A stretch of 64,000 nucleotides of DNA from Kiritimatiellia bacterium (GCA_050949565.1 JBMNFY010000017.1:896001-960000); one strand, 5' to 3'; counted from the stretch's first letter, positions 1 through 9,478 are shown. The notes: a model not told the origin generated them from the letters alone. Translations and numbers: made by a program.

Positions 1-20
1 CAACAGAAGGGGGCACGTCC

Positions 21-875
21 ATGATCAAGAGTGTCGCAAACGAGGTATGGGCCTATGATTGCGAGTGGGTGCCGGATCTACGCGCCGGCCGTCTGGTTTA
101 CGGTTTGCCTGAAGAGCTGCCAGACAGCGAAGTGCTGCGCGTGATGTGGGAACAGGGCGGCGCCACACCGGAAAACCCGATGCCCTTCCTGCGTACCGTG
201 GTCTGCCGCGTGGTTTCGATCGCAACCGTTATCCGTCGCACCCTCAAAAACGGCGAGGTGCAACTCTTCCTCTCGACGCTGCCCGAAGCGCCGGAGGACA
301 CCGCACAGGATGAGGCTTACATCCTGCACCGCTTTCTGGCTGACGGCGTAAGCACACATCAGCCGCAGCTTGTGGGCTTCAACTCACGCAACGCCGATCA
401 GCGCATCCTGACGCAACGCGCCATCGTAAATGGGCTCTCACTCAAACATCTGTGTGATCGCATCAACGCCAAGCCGTGGGAGAGCAACGACATCGACCTG
501 ATGGATCTGGTTGCAGGCTTCGGCAAGTCCTACGCGGTCTCGCTGCACGAGATCGCCACCCTCTGCGGCATTCCCGGCAAACTGGATACGACCGGCGATG
601 ACGTCTGCGGCCTTTGGTACCGCGGCGAGCGCCGCAAAATCGTCGAATACAACGCTTTCGACGCGCTCACCACCTATCTCCTGTGGCTACGGCTGGCCCA
701 CTTCTCAGGCTGCTTCACGGCCGACGACTACGTCATCGAACAGCGCCGCGTCGTGCGCTTGCTGGACGAGCGGATCGCGCGTCCGGAAGAGGCCTACCTG
801 CGCGTTTTCCGCGATGCCTGGCACAACCTTCAGGCGCGCACCGGCCAGCTCGATAACGGCGTCTTCGCGGACTAG
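21..875 (+). CDS. 3'-5' exonuclease related to the PolB proofreading domain (DEDD family)
   Basis: ExoI YDCEW, ExoII GFNSRNAD and ExoIII YNAFD motifs; size fits a stand-alone PolB-exo2-type protein. Confidence 0.8.
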   Translation: MIKSVANEVWAYDCEWVPDLRAGRLVYGLPEELPDSEVLRVMWEQGGATPENPMPFLRTVVCRVVSIATVIRRTLKNGEVQLFLSTLPEAPEDTAQDEAYILHRFLADGVSTHQPQLVGFNSRNADQRILTQRAIVNGLSLKHLCDRINAKPWESNDIDLMDLVAGFGKSYAVSLHEIATLCGIPGKLDTTGDDVCGLWYRGERRKIVEYNAFDALTTYLLWLRLAHFSGCFTADDYVIEQRRVVRLLDERIARPEEAYLRVFRDAWHNLQARTGQLDNGVFAD

Positions 876-945
876 GCAGGCTCAGAACACACCCGCAGCG
901 CCCGCAGCACTGCTCTCCAAATTTGAGCGCCTGACGCAGAGCATC

Positions 946-999
946 GTTCTGTGGGCGGCGTTTACGCCGCCCGGACGAGCAGACGCGCGGCCCCGGGAG
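946..999. repeat. REP-like palindromic repeat (GTGGGCGGCGTTTACGCCGCC module plus GGACGAGCAGACGC module)
   Basis: Lies between convergent genes; related inverted copy at 11088-11138; modules shared with 21781-21838 and 27598-27649. Confidence 0.7.
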
Positions 1000-1002
1000 C
1001 CT

Positions 1003-1782
1003 TCAGAGCACGCCGCGCTGGCTCATCTGGTAGAACGCAATCAGGCGGCGCACTTCCGGCAGATCGGCCACCTCGTACTTCACGCGTTCCAGCGCCTGCG
1101 TGCGGTTAAGCCCCTCGCGGTAGATCAGCTTGAATGCCTCTTTCAGCGCACTACGCACATCGGCCTTAAAACCGGCGCGTTGCAGGCCGACCACATTGGG
1201 TCCTACAACTCGCGGCACGTCGCCCGATGCGTCGATCACCATGTAGGGCGGGCAATCCTGCCGGACTTTGGAAGCGCCACCGACCATCGCAAATGTGCCG
1301 ACGCGGCAAAACTGGTGTATGCCAGCAAGACCACCGATGATCGCGTGATCCTCGACCGTCACCTCGCCGGCCAGTGTCGCCACATTGGACATGATCACGT
1401 CGTTGCCGACGTCGCAACCGTGCGCGATATGGCAGTAGGCCATGATCAGGCAGCGCTGTCCCACGCGCGTGACCTCACCCGGCTTTGTGCCGAGATGCAC
1501 TGTTGAAAACTCACGCAGCACCGTTTCGTCGCCGATCTCAACATAGGTGATGTCGCCCTCTTTGTATTTGAGGTCTTGCGTTTTCGTGCCGACGCAGGCA
1601 AAGGGAAAAATCTGACAGCGCTGGCCGATCGTGGTATGGCCGCTGACAAATGCGTGCGCCTGGACCTCTGTACCGGCCCCGATTGTGACGTGCGGACCGA
1701 TGATCGCGTACGGCCCCACTGTCACCTCATTGTCCAGTTTCGCTTGGGGGTCCACAATCGCGGTCGGATGAATCGTCGCCAT
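1003..1782 (-). CDS. lpxA: Acyl-ACP--UDP-N-acetylglucosamine O-acyltransferase
   Basis: IHPTAIVDP start, hexapeptide repeats, QDLKY, HIAHGC and HQFCRVG motifs, helical C-terminus. Confidence 0.96.
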   Translation of the reverse strand: MATIHPTAIVDPQAKLDNEVTVGPYAIIGPHVTIGAGTEVQAHAFVSGHTTIGQRCQIFPFACVGTKTQDLKYKEGDITYVEIGDETVLREFSTVHLGTKPGEVTRVGQRCLIMAYCHIAHGCDVGNDVIMSNVATLAGEVTVEDHAIIGGLAGIHQFCRVGTFAMVGGASKVRQDCPPYMVIDASGDVPRVVGPNVVGLQRAGFKADVRSALKEAFKLIYREGLNRTQALERVKYEVADLPEVRRLIAFYQMSQRGVL

Positions 1783-1818
1783 ATTTCTTATACTCCTTGT
1801 TGCGCCGCATCAGGCGCG

Positions 1819-2910
1819 CTAGAGGTTTTTGGGGATGAGATAGCTCACCAGAATGCCGCAGATCACTACAGGCAACCAGATGAAAACGTAAGGGTGGGCC
1901 CAGTCATGCTTGTCCATCGACCGGAATAAAATCACGAAGAGATAATAGGCCAGCGCGACCACCAGACTGATAGCCATACCGATCGTCGACTCTTTACGGT
2001 GCGAGCGAATACCGAGCGGCACGCCAACCAGCACGAAGCAGATTGAAGCGCATGCATAGACCAAACGGACTTGGAACTCTGTGCGGTAGATACTCAGCAT
2101 TTTGCGTCGCACAGCGCGCGGCAACTCTTTGTCATTAGCACGCAGCTCCTTGATCGCCGCGCGCAGCTCATGAAAGCCGAAGTCCTTTTCTTTACGCTTG
2201 CGGGTACGTTGGCGCATAGCGTCGGGGATCACATGGCGGAAGCGGCTCGCCGACGCGACGCCCGGCCGATTGACATCGATCGGATCGACGCGCACATCAT
2301 ACATGTCCAGCACGATGTCGGCGTCATTGGTGGAGACCAACGCCTTGGCAGCGCGGATTTCTCGGGTGACCTCCTCGCGACTGTAATCGAAAATCAACAG
2401 ATCATGCAACCAATTCCCCTCCTTGCGCTCAAAGAATATCTTGAGCTTGGGGAAATCGTCGATCATGCGTCCCGGATCCAGCAGATCGAGGCCGACATCA
2501 ACGCTGACCATATTTTTCAGGTTGCGCCGTACATCGTGACCACGGGGTACCACCTCGTTGTTGATATAGAAGCCGAACAGGGTGCAGATCAGACCGATCA
2601 GCACCGGCCAGCGTATGACACTGAGCAGGTTCACGCCGCACGCCCGCATCGCTGCGATCTCACTATCGGCCGACAGACGGCTAAAGACCAGGAGTGCGCT
2701 GACCAACAAGGCAATCGGTATGGTGAGCGTCAGCGTTTCCGGCAGGCCCACCAGCAGGAAAAGCCCGATCGCACGCAACGGCAGCCCTTCAATCAGCAGG
2801 CGCGCAATCCGCACCAGCAGGCCGATTGAGAGCACGAACGACAACACCAGCCAAGCTAGAAAGAACGCGGCCAGGAAGGCTTGCAAGACATATCGCTCTA
2901 TGATCTTCAT
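1819..2910 (-). CDS. LptF/LptG family LPS export permease
   Basis: IIERYVL start, three N-terminal and three C-terminal TM segments, RLSADSEIAAMRACGV motif; adjacent to lpxA. Confidence 0.9.
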   Translation of the reverse strand: MKIIERYVLQAFLAAFFLAWLVLSFVLSIGLLVRIARLLIEGLPLRAIGLFLLVGLPETLTLTIPIALLVSALLVFSRLSADSEIAAMRACGVNLLSVIRWPVLIGLICTLFGFYINNEVVPRGHDVRRNLKNMVSVDVGLDLLDPGRMIDDFPKLKIFFERKEGNWLHDLLIFDYSREEVTREIRAAKALVSTNDADIVLDMYDVRVDPIDVNRPGVASASRFRHVIPDAMRQRTRKRKEKDFGFHELRAAIKELRANDKELPRAVRRKMLSIYRTEFQVRLVYACASICFVLVGVPLGIRSHRKESTIGMAISLVVALAYYLFVILFRSMDKHDWAHPYVFIWLPVVICGILVSYLIPKNL

Positions 2911-2997
2911 CGCGCCGGATAATAGCAGAAGGCCGCAAAAGAAACCACCGTTTCCTTGCGGCCCCCTGTTATTCGTTCCGTAACACCGGACGGTACG

Positions 2998-4320
2998 TTA
3001 TGGATTCACGTATTTGGCCTTGTCGGCGTTCGTGCCGGCGCCGCGGATATAGATCTCCACGCGACGGTTCTCCGGGTTGCCGTTGACCAGATCGGGCTGC
3101 ACCTTGGGACGGCTGAAGCCATAACCACGCGCTGTCAGACGCCCACCATCCACGCCCTTGCCAACCATGAAGGACTTCACAGCCTCCGCACGGCGCTCAG
3201 AGAGGTTCTGATTGTACTTCTCGCTGGAACGGGTACGACGATCCGCATGCCCCTCGATCACTGCCGTAGCCTGCGGATTGCGCTGTAGCACACGCACCAC
3301 CTGGCCGATCTCGTCAAAGTATTCCGGCTTAATGACCGTGGTATCATAGTCAAACTGAATGTAGACCTCGAAGAGCATCAGGTCATCCGAGGGGTCGAGC
3401 GGATTAGTACCGTCTTCAATCACCTCATGACCGTCAGCCACGCCACCCTTGTCGGTGTCGCGGTCGAGCGGGTTGGTCTTGTAGATCAGAACCTCCTGCC
3501 CATCGGTCAGCCCGTCGAAGTCGGTGTCGGGATTGAGCGGGTCGGTCTTGTACACCTTGACCTCATCGCCGTCCGTCAAACCGTCGCCATCGGTGTCCTT
3601 GTTGAAAGGATCGGTACCGAGCCGCGCCTCTTCCTCGTCGGTCAGGCCGTCACCGTCGGAATCCTTAGGTCCGGTGGCCACCAGCGCCGCCGCACCCGCA
3701 CCCGCCTCAGATCCGCCCGCTCCGCCGCCGAAACGGTAAGCAACACCGGCGTCAGCCGTGTAGACGAATTCGCAGGTCTCATCGATCGCCATCATGGCGC
3801 GCACGTCGGCACGCAACGACCAGTGGTCATTCAAGTGGTACATCACGCCCGCACCGGCGCGCGGCCCCACGATGGTACGTTCGTCACCCTCGCAGAACAC
3901 GTCATCATTTGCCCGGTAATACCCGAAACCAGCAGCCAGATAGGGGTCGAGGCGGTTGTAGCGGTTAAAGTGATAGAGTCCGTCCGCAAAAACGCCACGG
4001 ATGCTCTGCCCCTTAACGTAGCCATCGGACCCCCAAGCACCGCTTCCCGCGTTCGGACCATCATCGCTTGAACCGCGCCCATTGCTCGTAATGTTCGGCG
4101 CCCAAGAGATGCCGCCTTCCACCGACCAGTGCTCGGAAATGTCATACCCCAAGCGCAACAGCATATTGAACCCTTCGTCGACAGGCTGATTCCCCTCGAA
4201 GAACATCCCGCCGACACCGGGACTCACGTACCAACGGGGCGACTCGCCCAACTCATTGGCACGCACAGACACAAAGGCCGCCAGAGCCAACACACCGACC
4301 AAACTCAAAACTCTCTTCAT
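2998..4320 (-). CDS. OmpA family outer-membrane protein (beta-barrel, DxDxDG Ca-binding repeats, OmpA C-terminal peptidoglycan-binding domain)
   Basis: Signal peptide, barrel ending GVAYRF, DSDGDGLTD/DTDGDGLTD repeats, IEGHAD..NQNLSERRAEAV..NRRVEI. Confidence 0.92.
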   Translation of the reverse strand: MKRVLSLVGVLALAAFVSVRANELGESPRWYVSPGVGGMFFEGNQPVDEGFNMLLRLGYDISEHWSVEGGISWAPNITSNGRGSSDDGPNAGSGAWGSDGYVKGQSIRGVFADGLYHFNRYNRLDPYLAAGFGYYRANDDVFCEGDERTIVGPRAGAGVMYHLNDHWSLRADVRAMMAIDETCEFVYTADAGVAYRFGGGAGGSEAGAGAAALVATGPKDSDGDGLTDEEEARLGTDPFNKDTDGDGLTDGDEVKVYKTDPLNPDTDFDGLTDGQEVLIYKTNPLDRDTDKGGVADGHEVIEDGTNPLDPSDDLMLFEVYIQFDYDTTVIKPEYFDEIGQVVRVLQRNPQATAVIEGHADRRTRSSEKYNQNLSERRAEAVKSFMVGKGVDGGRLTARGYGFSRPKVQPDLVNGNPENRRVEIYIRGAGTNADKAKYVNP

Positions 4321-4351
4321 CAGAAACCTCCTCAGTAACGTAAGTGGAGGC

Positions 4352-4380
4352 AGTTTAACTTACCGCCCCCGCATATGCAA
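4352..4380 (-). promoter_or_regulatory. Sigma70-type promoter TTGCAT-N17-TAAACT of the full-length ompA
   Basis: Both hexamers and the 17-bp spacing are conserved in the paralogous promoter at 5171-5199 although the spacer has diverged; AT-rich UP-like tract upstream. Confidence 0.75.
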
Positions 4381-4389
4381 CACGAAAAA

Positions 4390-5139
4390 TCAAAAATTAC
4401 AATTTTTTAAGGTTCGGCCGGAATTCGGCCGGAATTCGGTCAGGCCATCACCGTCAGAATCCTTCGGCAATCCGGCCACCGCCGCCGCACCGGCACCAGC
4501 ACCGACGCCAGCACCCGCCGCTTCGCCCGCTCCGCCGCCGAAACGGTAAGCAACACCGGCGTCAGCCGTGTAGACGAATTCGCAGGTCTCATCGATCGCC
4601 ATCATGGCGCGCACGTCGGCACGCAACGACCAGTGGTCATTCAAGTGGTACATCACGCCCGCACCGGCGCGCGGCCCCACGATGGTACGTTCGTCACCCT
4701 CGCAGAACACGTCATCATTTGCCCGGTAATACCCGAAACCAGCAGCCAGATAGGGGTCGAGGCGGTTGTAGCGGTTAAAGTGATAGAGTCCGTCCGCAAA
4801 AACGCCACGGATGCTCTGCCCTTTAACACCGCCGTCACCCTCCCATCCGCCCCCCGCGCCACCACAGCAGTAGTCGCCGTCATCACTCGATCCGCGTCCA
4901 TTACTCGTAATGTTCGGCGCCCAAGAGATCCCGCCCTCCACCGACCAGTGCTCGGAGATGTCGTACCCCAAGCGCAACAGCATATTAAACCCCTCGTCGA
5001 CCGGCTGGTTCCCCTCGAAGAACATCCCGCCGACGCCGGGACTCACATACCAACGGGGCGACTCGCCCAACTCATTGGCACGCACAGACACAAAGGCCGC
5101 CAGGGCCAGAACACTAACAATACCGAAAACCTTCTTCAT
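4390..5139 (-). CDS. Truncated OmpA paralogue (beta-barrel only)
   Basis: Near-identical to the N-terminal half of 2998-4320; homology stops after DSDGDGLT at an 11-bp tandem duplication (CCGGAATTCGG x2, 4418-4439). Confidence 0.85.
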   Translation of the reverse strand: MKKVFGIVSVLALAAFVSVRANELGESPRWYVSPGVGGMFFEGNQPVDEGFNMLLRLGYDISEHWSVEGGISWAPNITSNGRGSSDDGDYCCGGAGGGWEGDGGVKGQSIRGVFADGLYHFNRYNRLDPYLAAGFGYYRANDDVFCEGDERTIVGPRAGAGVMYHLNDHWSLRADVRAMMAIDETCEFVYTADAGVAYRFGGGAGEAAGAGVGAGAGAAAVAGLPKDSDGDGLTEFRPNSGRTLKNCNF

Positions 5140-5170
5140 AAGAACCTCCTGAGTAACATAAACGGGGAAC

Positions 5171-5199
5171 AGTTTAGCCTATCGCCTCCATGCATGCAA
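5171..5199 (-). promoter_or_regulatory. Sigma70-type promoter TTGCAT-N17-TAAACT of the barrel-only ompA copy
   Basis: Same hexamers and spacing as 4352-4380. Confidence 0.75.
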
Positions 5200-5239
5200 C
5201 ACGAAAATTTGAAAATTACAATTTTTTAAGGTTCGGGGG

Positions 5240-5428
5240 AAGAACAGCACGGTCCGCCACGTCCCCCGACGTGGCGGACCTAAGATGGATACACGCTGAC
5301 ACAGTTCGCGCAACAGACTGCGTTGTCCTGTGCACACCCCAAATGTCCAAACCTGGCGGCTTCCGGCGCAAATCTAATGATTAAGACCTGTCGCCGGGCG
5401 GCTGGGCTGAGTCAGCCCGCGCCTTCCG
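5240..5428 (-). ncRNA. Candidate structured non-coding RNA or 5' leader, unassigned family
   Basis: Several hairpins (GGGCTGACTCAGCCC; CCGGCG..CGCCGG; GGTCCGCCACGTC/GACGTGGCGGACC), possible 5'-3' closing stem, sigma54-like site directly upstream. Confidence 0.4.
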
Positions 5429-5438
5429 CATATTGATA

Positions 5439-5455
5439 CGCAGGAGGCATGCCAA
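5439..5455 (-). promoter_or_regulatory. Sigma54-type promoter (TTGGCATGCCTCCTGCG)
   Basis: GG-N10-GC spacing with a TGGCAYG -24 element. Confidence 0.55.
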
Positions 5456-5474
5456 GCAATGTCAGGGCACAGCA

Positions 5475-7193
5475 CTAAAGCTGCCAGCACGTTTCGGCCG
5501 GACGCTTGCATGTAGCGAAACGACACCACTCGGCACCCACCTCGTCGGTCAGCACCGCTTCGTCGGTCACCAGCGTCAAACACAACGGCCCAGCGCCGCG
5601 GCTACGCGCCACGTTCGCGACCAACAACGCCTTTTCAAAGCCATCGCCACGTCCGAAAGTCCATACCTCATCCGGCTGGGCCAACCGCGTGTCTTCGTCG
5701 TAGATCGAGATGTCCGGCAAGGCGGCGACACGTGCGACCACCTCGTCGTCCGACGCTTCAGCCAAAGCCGCCACGCTCACCGGATTGCGCTCCATCGCCG
5801 CCTTGATAAAGGGTGCCGCCGGCGTGCGTGACAAATCGCGCCATGCGTAGAAGGCCATGTCGGCCGTCTCGTTGTGCGCGCGCAGTGATTCCAGATGGGC
5901 AATCACCTCTTCGCGCGTCATATCGAGTGTCAACGCCAACGGGGCCGCCGCCGACACAAAACGCACGTCTGCGGAGGGCAACCGCGGTTCGGTATGGCAA
6001 AAGCGCACCAGTTGGTCAACCATCTCGTCCCCGCACACGCAGGCGTCACCGATCCGATCCCGTAACGCCTTGAGATCGGCCGGATCGCTGAGGTCAATCG
6101 CCCGCTCACGCACAAACTCCTCGATGTCGTCCAGCACGATCTTGTTCGGACAGCACGACATCGCGAACGTTTCCTGCGGAATCATCGCCAGTAACTTCTC
6201 GCGCGTGTTGTCCGTCACCTTGTAGGCGCTGTCCTGCTCAAAACTGAAGGCTTGCTCCAGCGTGACATAGCGGTCCACGCCGCGAATCGGCCAGCGAACC
6301 ATGAAACATTGGTGGCAACGCGGATTCTGCCGCAAGAAATTGCCCAGGATTTCCGGCGTCAAGGGCGTGGTCAGATAGGCGCGCAGGCGTTCGGCAAAGC
6401 CGCTGTACACAACAGGATCGATCGACGCCTGCGGATAGAGCGTGTGGATCCAGCCGCTCGGATGCGAGACGATCGTGACCCGCTCGTTCTCCAAGGCGCG
6501 ACGCGCCTGGCCGGAGATCTGCGTACCGTTGAACCACATCGCCTTGGTCACCAGCCGACGGTTGTTGGTCAGCACGCCGTCATCCACATCCACAAAGTTC
6601 TGCGAATGCAGCGGCGTGGCCATCATGAACACCTGCTCGAGCGGGACACCGGCCACCACATAGAGCGCCGCCGCGTAGAGCGCCGACAGCGACACGCATT
6701 CGCCCGCGCCGGTCGTGTAGCCCTCCTTGTGCTGGAAGGCGTCCATGGCCTCCACCGTCTCGGTTTTCCAGTACGGGATCACGTCGGAGTCGTACTTGTC
6801 CAGGCCGAAGTGCGTGCGGATGTCGATGTCGAAGTAGTAGGTATCCCCCTGATAGCCGAACAGCGCGTTGGACTGCGCGATCTCCTCGGGCGACAGGAAC
6901 GGCGCGAACCGCGCCAGTTCGCGTTTCTGGTTGGTCAGGCCCCACGTCTCCAGGTCAAGATTGAAGACGTAGTGGTCCATGATGTACTGCTTCAAGCGTT
7001 GCAACCGGCGGTAGGGCTTCATCTTGCGAATCCCCTTGAACCAAGGGTCGTCGCGCCACAGCCAGATCCGCGGCGACATGATGTTGGCCAGCACCAGGCT
7101 GTACATCAGCTCGGGAAATACAAAGACCTCCATGTCCGACAGCGTCACCGCCGCCGAACACCGTTCCAGATCGCGCGCGTCCATCACGGCCAT
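5475..7193 (-). CDS. Hypothetical protein with transglutaminase-like motifs
   Basis: 572 aa with strong codon bias, 1 nt after the pgk stop; GAGECVSLSALY..LHSQNFVD and a degenerate second motif PDEVWTFGRGDGFEKALL. Confidence 0.75.
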   Translation of the reverse strand: MAVMDARDLERCSAAVTLSDMEVFVFPELMYSLVLANIMSPRIWLWRDDPWFKGIRKMKPYRRLQRLKQYIMDHYVFNLDLETWGLTNQKRELARFAPFLSPEEIAQSNALFGYQGDTYYFDIDIRTHFGLDKYDSDVIPYWKTETVEAMDAFQHKEGYTTGAGECVSLSALYAAALYVVAGVPLEQVFMMATPLHSQNFVDVDDGVLTNNRRLVTKAMWFNGTQISGQARRALENERVTIVSHPSGWIHTLYPQASIDPVVYSGFAERLRAYLTTPLTPEILGNFLRQNPRCHQCFMVRWPIRGVDRYVTLEQAFSFEQDSAYKVTDNTREKLLAMIPQETFAMSCCPNKIVLDDIEEFVRERAIDLSDPADLKALRDRIGDACVCGDEMVDQLVRFCHTEPRLPSADVRFVSAAAPLALTLDMTREEVIAHLESLRAHNETADMAFYAWRDLSRTPAAPFIKAAMERNPVSVAALAEASDDEVVARVAALPDISIYDEDTRLAQPDEVWTFGRGDGFEKALLVANVARSRGAGPLCLTLVTDEAVLTDEVGAEWCRFATCKRPAETCWQL

Positions 7194-7194
7194 C

Positions 7195-8439
7195 TTACCT
7201 GTCGCTCAACGCCGCCACGCCGGGCAGTTCCTTGCCCTCGAGGAATTCGAGCGAGGCGCCGCCGCCGGTGGAGATGTGCGTCATCTTATCGGCCAGGCCG
7301 CTCTTGTTGACCGCGCTCACGCTGTCACCGCCGCCGATGATCGATACCGCGCCGCTCTCGGCCACGGCCTTGCAGACGCCCATGGTACCGCCCGCGAACT
7401 TCTGCATTTCGAAGCACCCCATCGGCCCGTTCCACACCACCGTCTTCGCTTCCTTGATCGCGGCCGCGTACAGCTCGGTGGTCTTGGGACCAATATCCAA
7501 CGCCATCCAACCCGCCGGGATGTCGTTGCCGACGATCTGCGTGTGGGCTTCGGGATCAAACTTGTCGGCCGCGACGTTGTCGACAGGCAACAGGAACCGC
7601 TTGCCTTTGGCCTTGGCCTTCTCGATCATGTCGCGGGCATAGTCGAGTTGATCCTCCTCGCACAGCGAATTGCCAACGTCGTGCCCCTGCGCCTTGAGGA
7701 AGGTGTAGGCCATGCCGCCGCCAATGATCAGCGTATCCACCTTGTCCAGCAGGTTCTTGACGACCGCCAGCTTGTCCGACACCTTGGCGCCGCCGAGAAT
7801 CGCCACGAACGGGCGGGTCGGGTTCTCAACCGCATTGCCCAGATACTCGATCTCCTTTTCCATCAGGAAACCCGCGACGCTCTCCTTCGCGAACTTGCAG
7901 ACCACCGCCGTGGAAGCGTGGGCGCGGTGCGCGGTACCGAAAGCGTCGTTGCAATAGATGTCGCCATAAGAGGCGAGCGTCTTGGCCAGTTCTTCGCGCT
8001 TCGCCTTCAACTCAGCCTTCTTGGCCGCCAGTTCCTCATCGCTCATACCCTCGGCCGGCTTGACCTTGCCGTCCTCAGCCTTATAGAAGCGGGTATTCTC
8101 AAGCATCACGACACCGTCCGGCTGGAGCGCCGCGACTTCAGCAGCGGCCTGCGCGCAATCCGGCGCGAAAACGACCGGCTTACCCAACAGACCGGACAGA
8201 TGCTCGGCCACCGGCTTCAGCGAAAACTCCGCCTCATAACCCTTGCCCGACGGACGGCCGAGGTGGCTCATCAGCACCAGGCTGCCGCCGTTATCCAGCA
8301 CATACTTGATCGAAGGCAGCGCCCCCTTGATACGGGTGTCATCCTTGATCACGCCATCCTTGATCGGCACGTTGAAATCAACGCGCATCACAACACGCTT
8401 ACCCTTCAAGTCTACATCACGCAAAGTCTTTTTGTTCAT
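7195..8439 (-). CDS. pgk: Phosphoglycerate kinase
   Basis: [34 protein letters not shown] and [15 protein letters not shown] motifs. Confidence 0.98.
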   Translation of the reverse strand: MNKKTLRDVDLKGKRVVMRVDFNVPIKDGVIKDDTRIKGALPSIKYVLDNGGSLVLMSHLGRPSGKGYEAEFSLKPVAEHLSGLLGKPVVFAPDCAQAAAEVAALQPDGVVMLENTRFYKAEDGKVKPAEGMSDEELAAKKAELKAKREELAKTLASYGDIYCNDAFGTAHRAHASTAVVCKFAKESVAGFLMEKEIEYLGNAVENPTRPFVAILGGAKVSDKLAVVKNLLDKVDTLIIGGGMAYTFLKAQGHDVGNSLCEEDQLDYARDMIEKAKAKGKRFLLPVDNVAADKFDPEAHTQIVGNDIPAGWMALDIGPKTTELYAAAIKEAKTVVWNGPMGCFEMQKFAGGTMGVCKAVAESGAVSIIGGGDSVSAVNKSGLADKMTHISTGGGASLEFLEGKELPGVAALSDR

Positions 8440-8561
8440 TTTAGTCTATCCTTTTTCGGGTTGAAAAATGGGCGTCATGGTAGCACATCCGCCGGAGAGA
8501 GAGAATAACGAATAGCGGTGGGCGAAAGTAATAAGTAAGAGGTAAGAGGTAATGAGTAAGA

Positions 8562-9188
8562 GAACGCAGAACTCAGAACATTGAACGCCCAACGCAGAAG
8601 TAAAACTCCTGAATCCTCAATCCTAACTGCTAACTCCGCGCACAGCGCGGCTGCGCCTTCACGTAAAACAACCGAGCAGTGCTTTTACTCTCATCATTGC
8701 GAGCCACTGCGTGATCACACCAACCGATTTTGCTCCCGATGCTCCGCAATTACCCTTCTACTGTGCCCACACCTTGAAAGGTGTGGAAGTAGAAAACGAC
8801 AGTCAAACAGATAAGGAAACATCAAAAAAACCCAATGTTTACTAGGGTTTATTCACTATTGCTCCCTTTTCCTCTCTGGGCCTTATTTCCACACCTTGAA
8901 AGGTGTGGAAGAGGAGCACATGTTTTTCTCAGGCTCCGTTTACGTCCAAATGATGTTTCAAATGAGAGACTCTTGCCCCCTCGTGGCACGGTCCCGCCCA
9001 TGAAATACGGGCAAGATGCCCGTGCCATATCTGAACGCAGAACGCAGAACGTTGAACGCCCAACGCAGAAGTAAAACTCCTGAATCCTCAATCCTAACTG
9101 CTAACTCCGCGCACAGCGCGGCTGCGCCTTCGCGTGAAACAGCCGAGCAGTGCTTTTACACTCATCATTGCGAGCCACTGCGTGGTCG
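8562..9188. repeat. Pair of ~156-bp direct repeats (8562-8717, 9033-9188) around an AT-richer core
   Basis: Near-identical copies offset by 471 bp; core holds two CCACACCTTGAAAGGTGTGG palindromes (8767-8786, 8887-8910) and a damaged REP doublet (~8980-9027). Confidence 0.9.
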
Positions 9189-9478
9189 CAATAAGCTCCG
9201 CGACTGGCGACTTGCGGCCAGCCCGGCCCCCAAAAAACCTCTGCGTCTCTGCGCCTCTGCATTAAATAAAACCGAGCCACAAGCACCCAACGCCAAAGTT
9301 AAAAACCGTGAAAACCGTGAAACCGCTTGACCGAACCCCTCTATGATATACAATTAGGGATTATGGGAAAATCTGCAGGACGAACCGTGACGAGTGAGCC
9401 ATCGGCCAACGCCCTGCTGAAACGCCAGTATCGCGAGGGGTGGAAACTGTGAGGAAAAACACGAAAGGAAACGACAGC

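Noticed and set aside
21-875. Exonuclease as a phage or defence gene
   Set aside because: Host-like context next to lpxA, with no phage or defence neighbours visible; upstream context lies outside the window
2998-5139. Diversity-generating retroelement template/variable repeat pair
   Set aside because: Differences are synonymous or block replacements rather than adenine-specific, and no reverse transcriptase is present
7024-8508. Long antisense or alternate-frame ORFs (for example 7024-8508, 11577-13316, 24495-25793, 34220-35650, 44644-46107)
   Set aside because: Shadows of real high-GC genes on the opposite strand, with no motifs of their own
8767-8910. Two palindromic repeats as a mini-CRISPR
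   Set aside because: Only two units, ~100-bp spacer, no leader or cas genes
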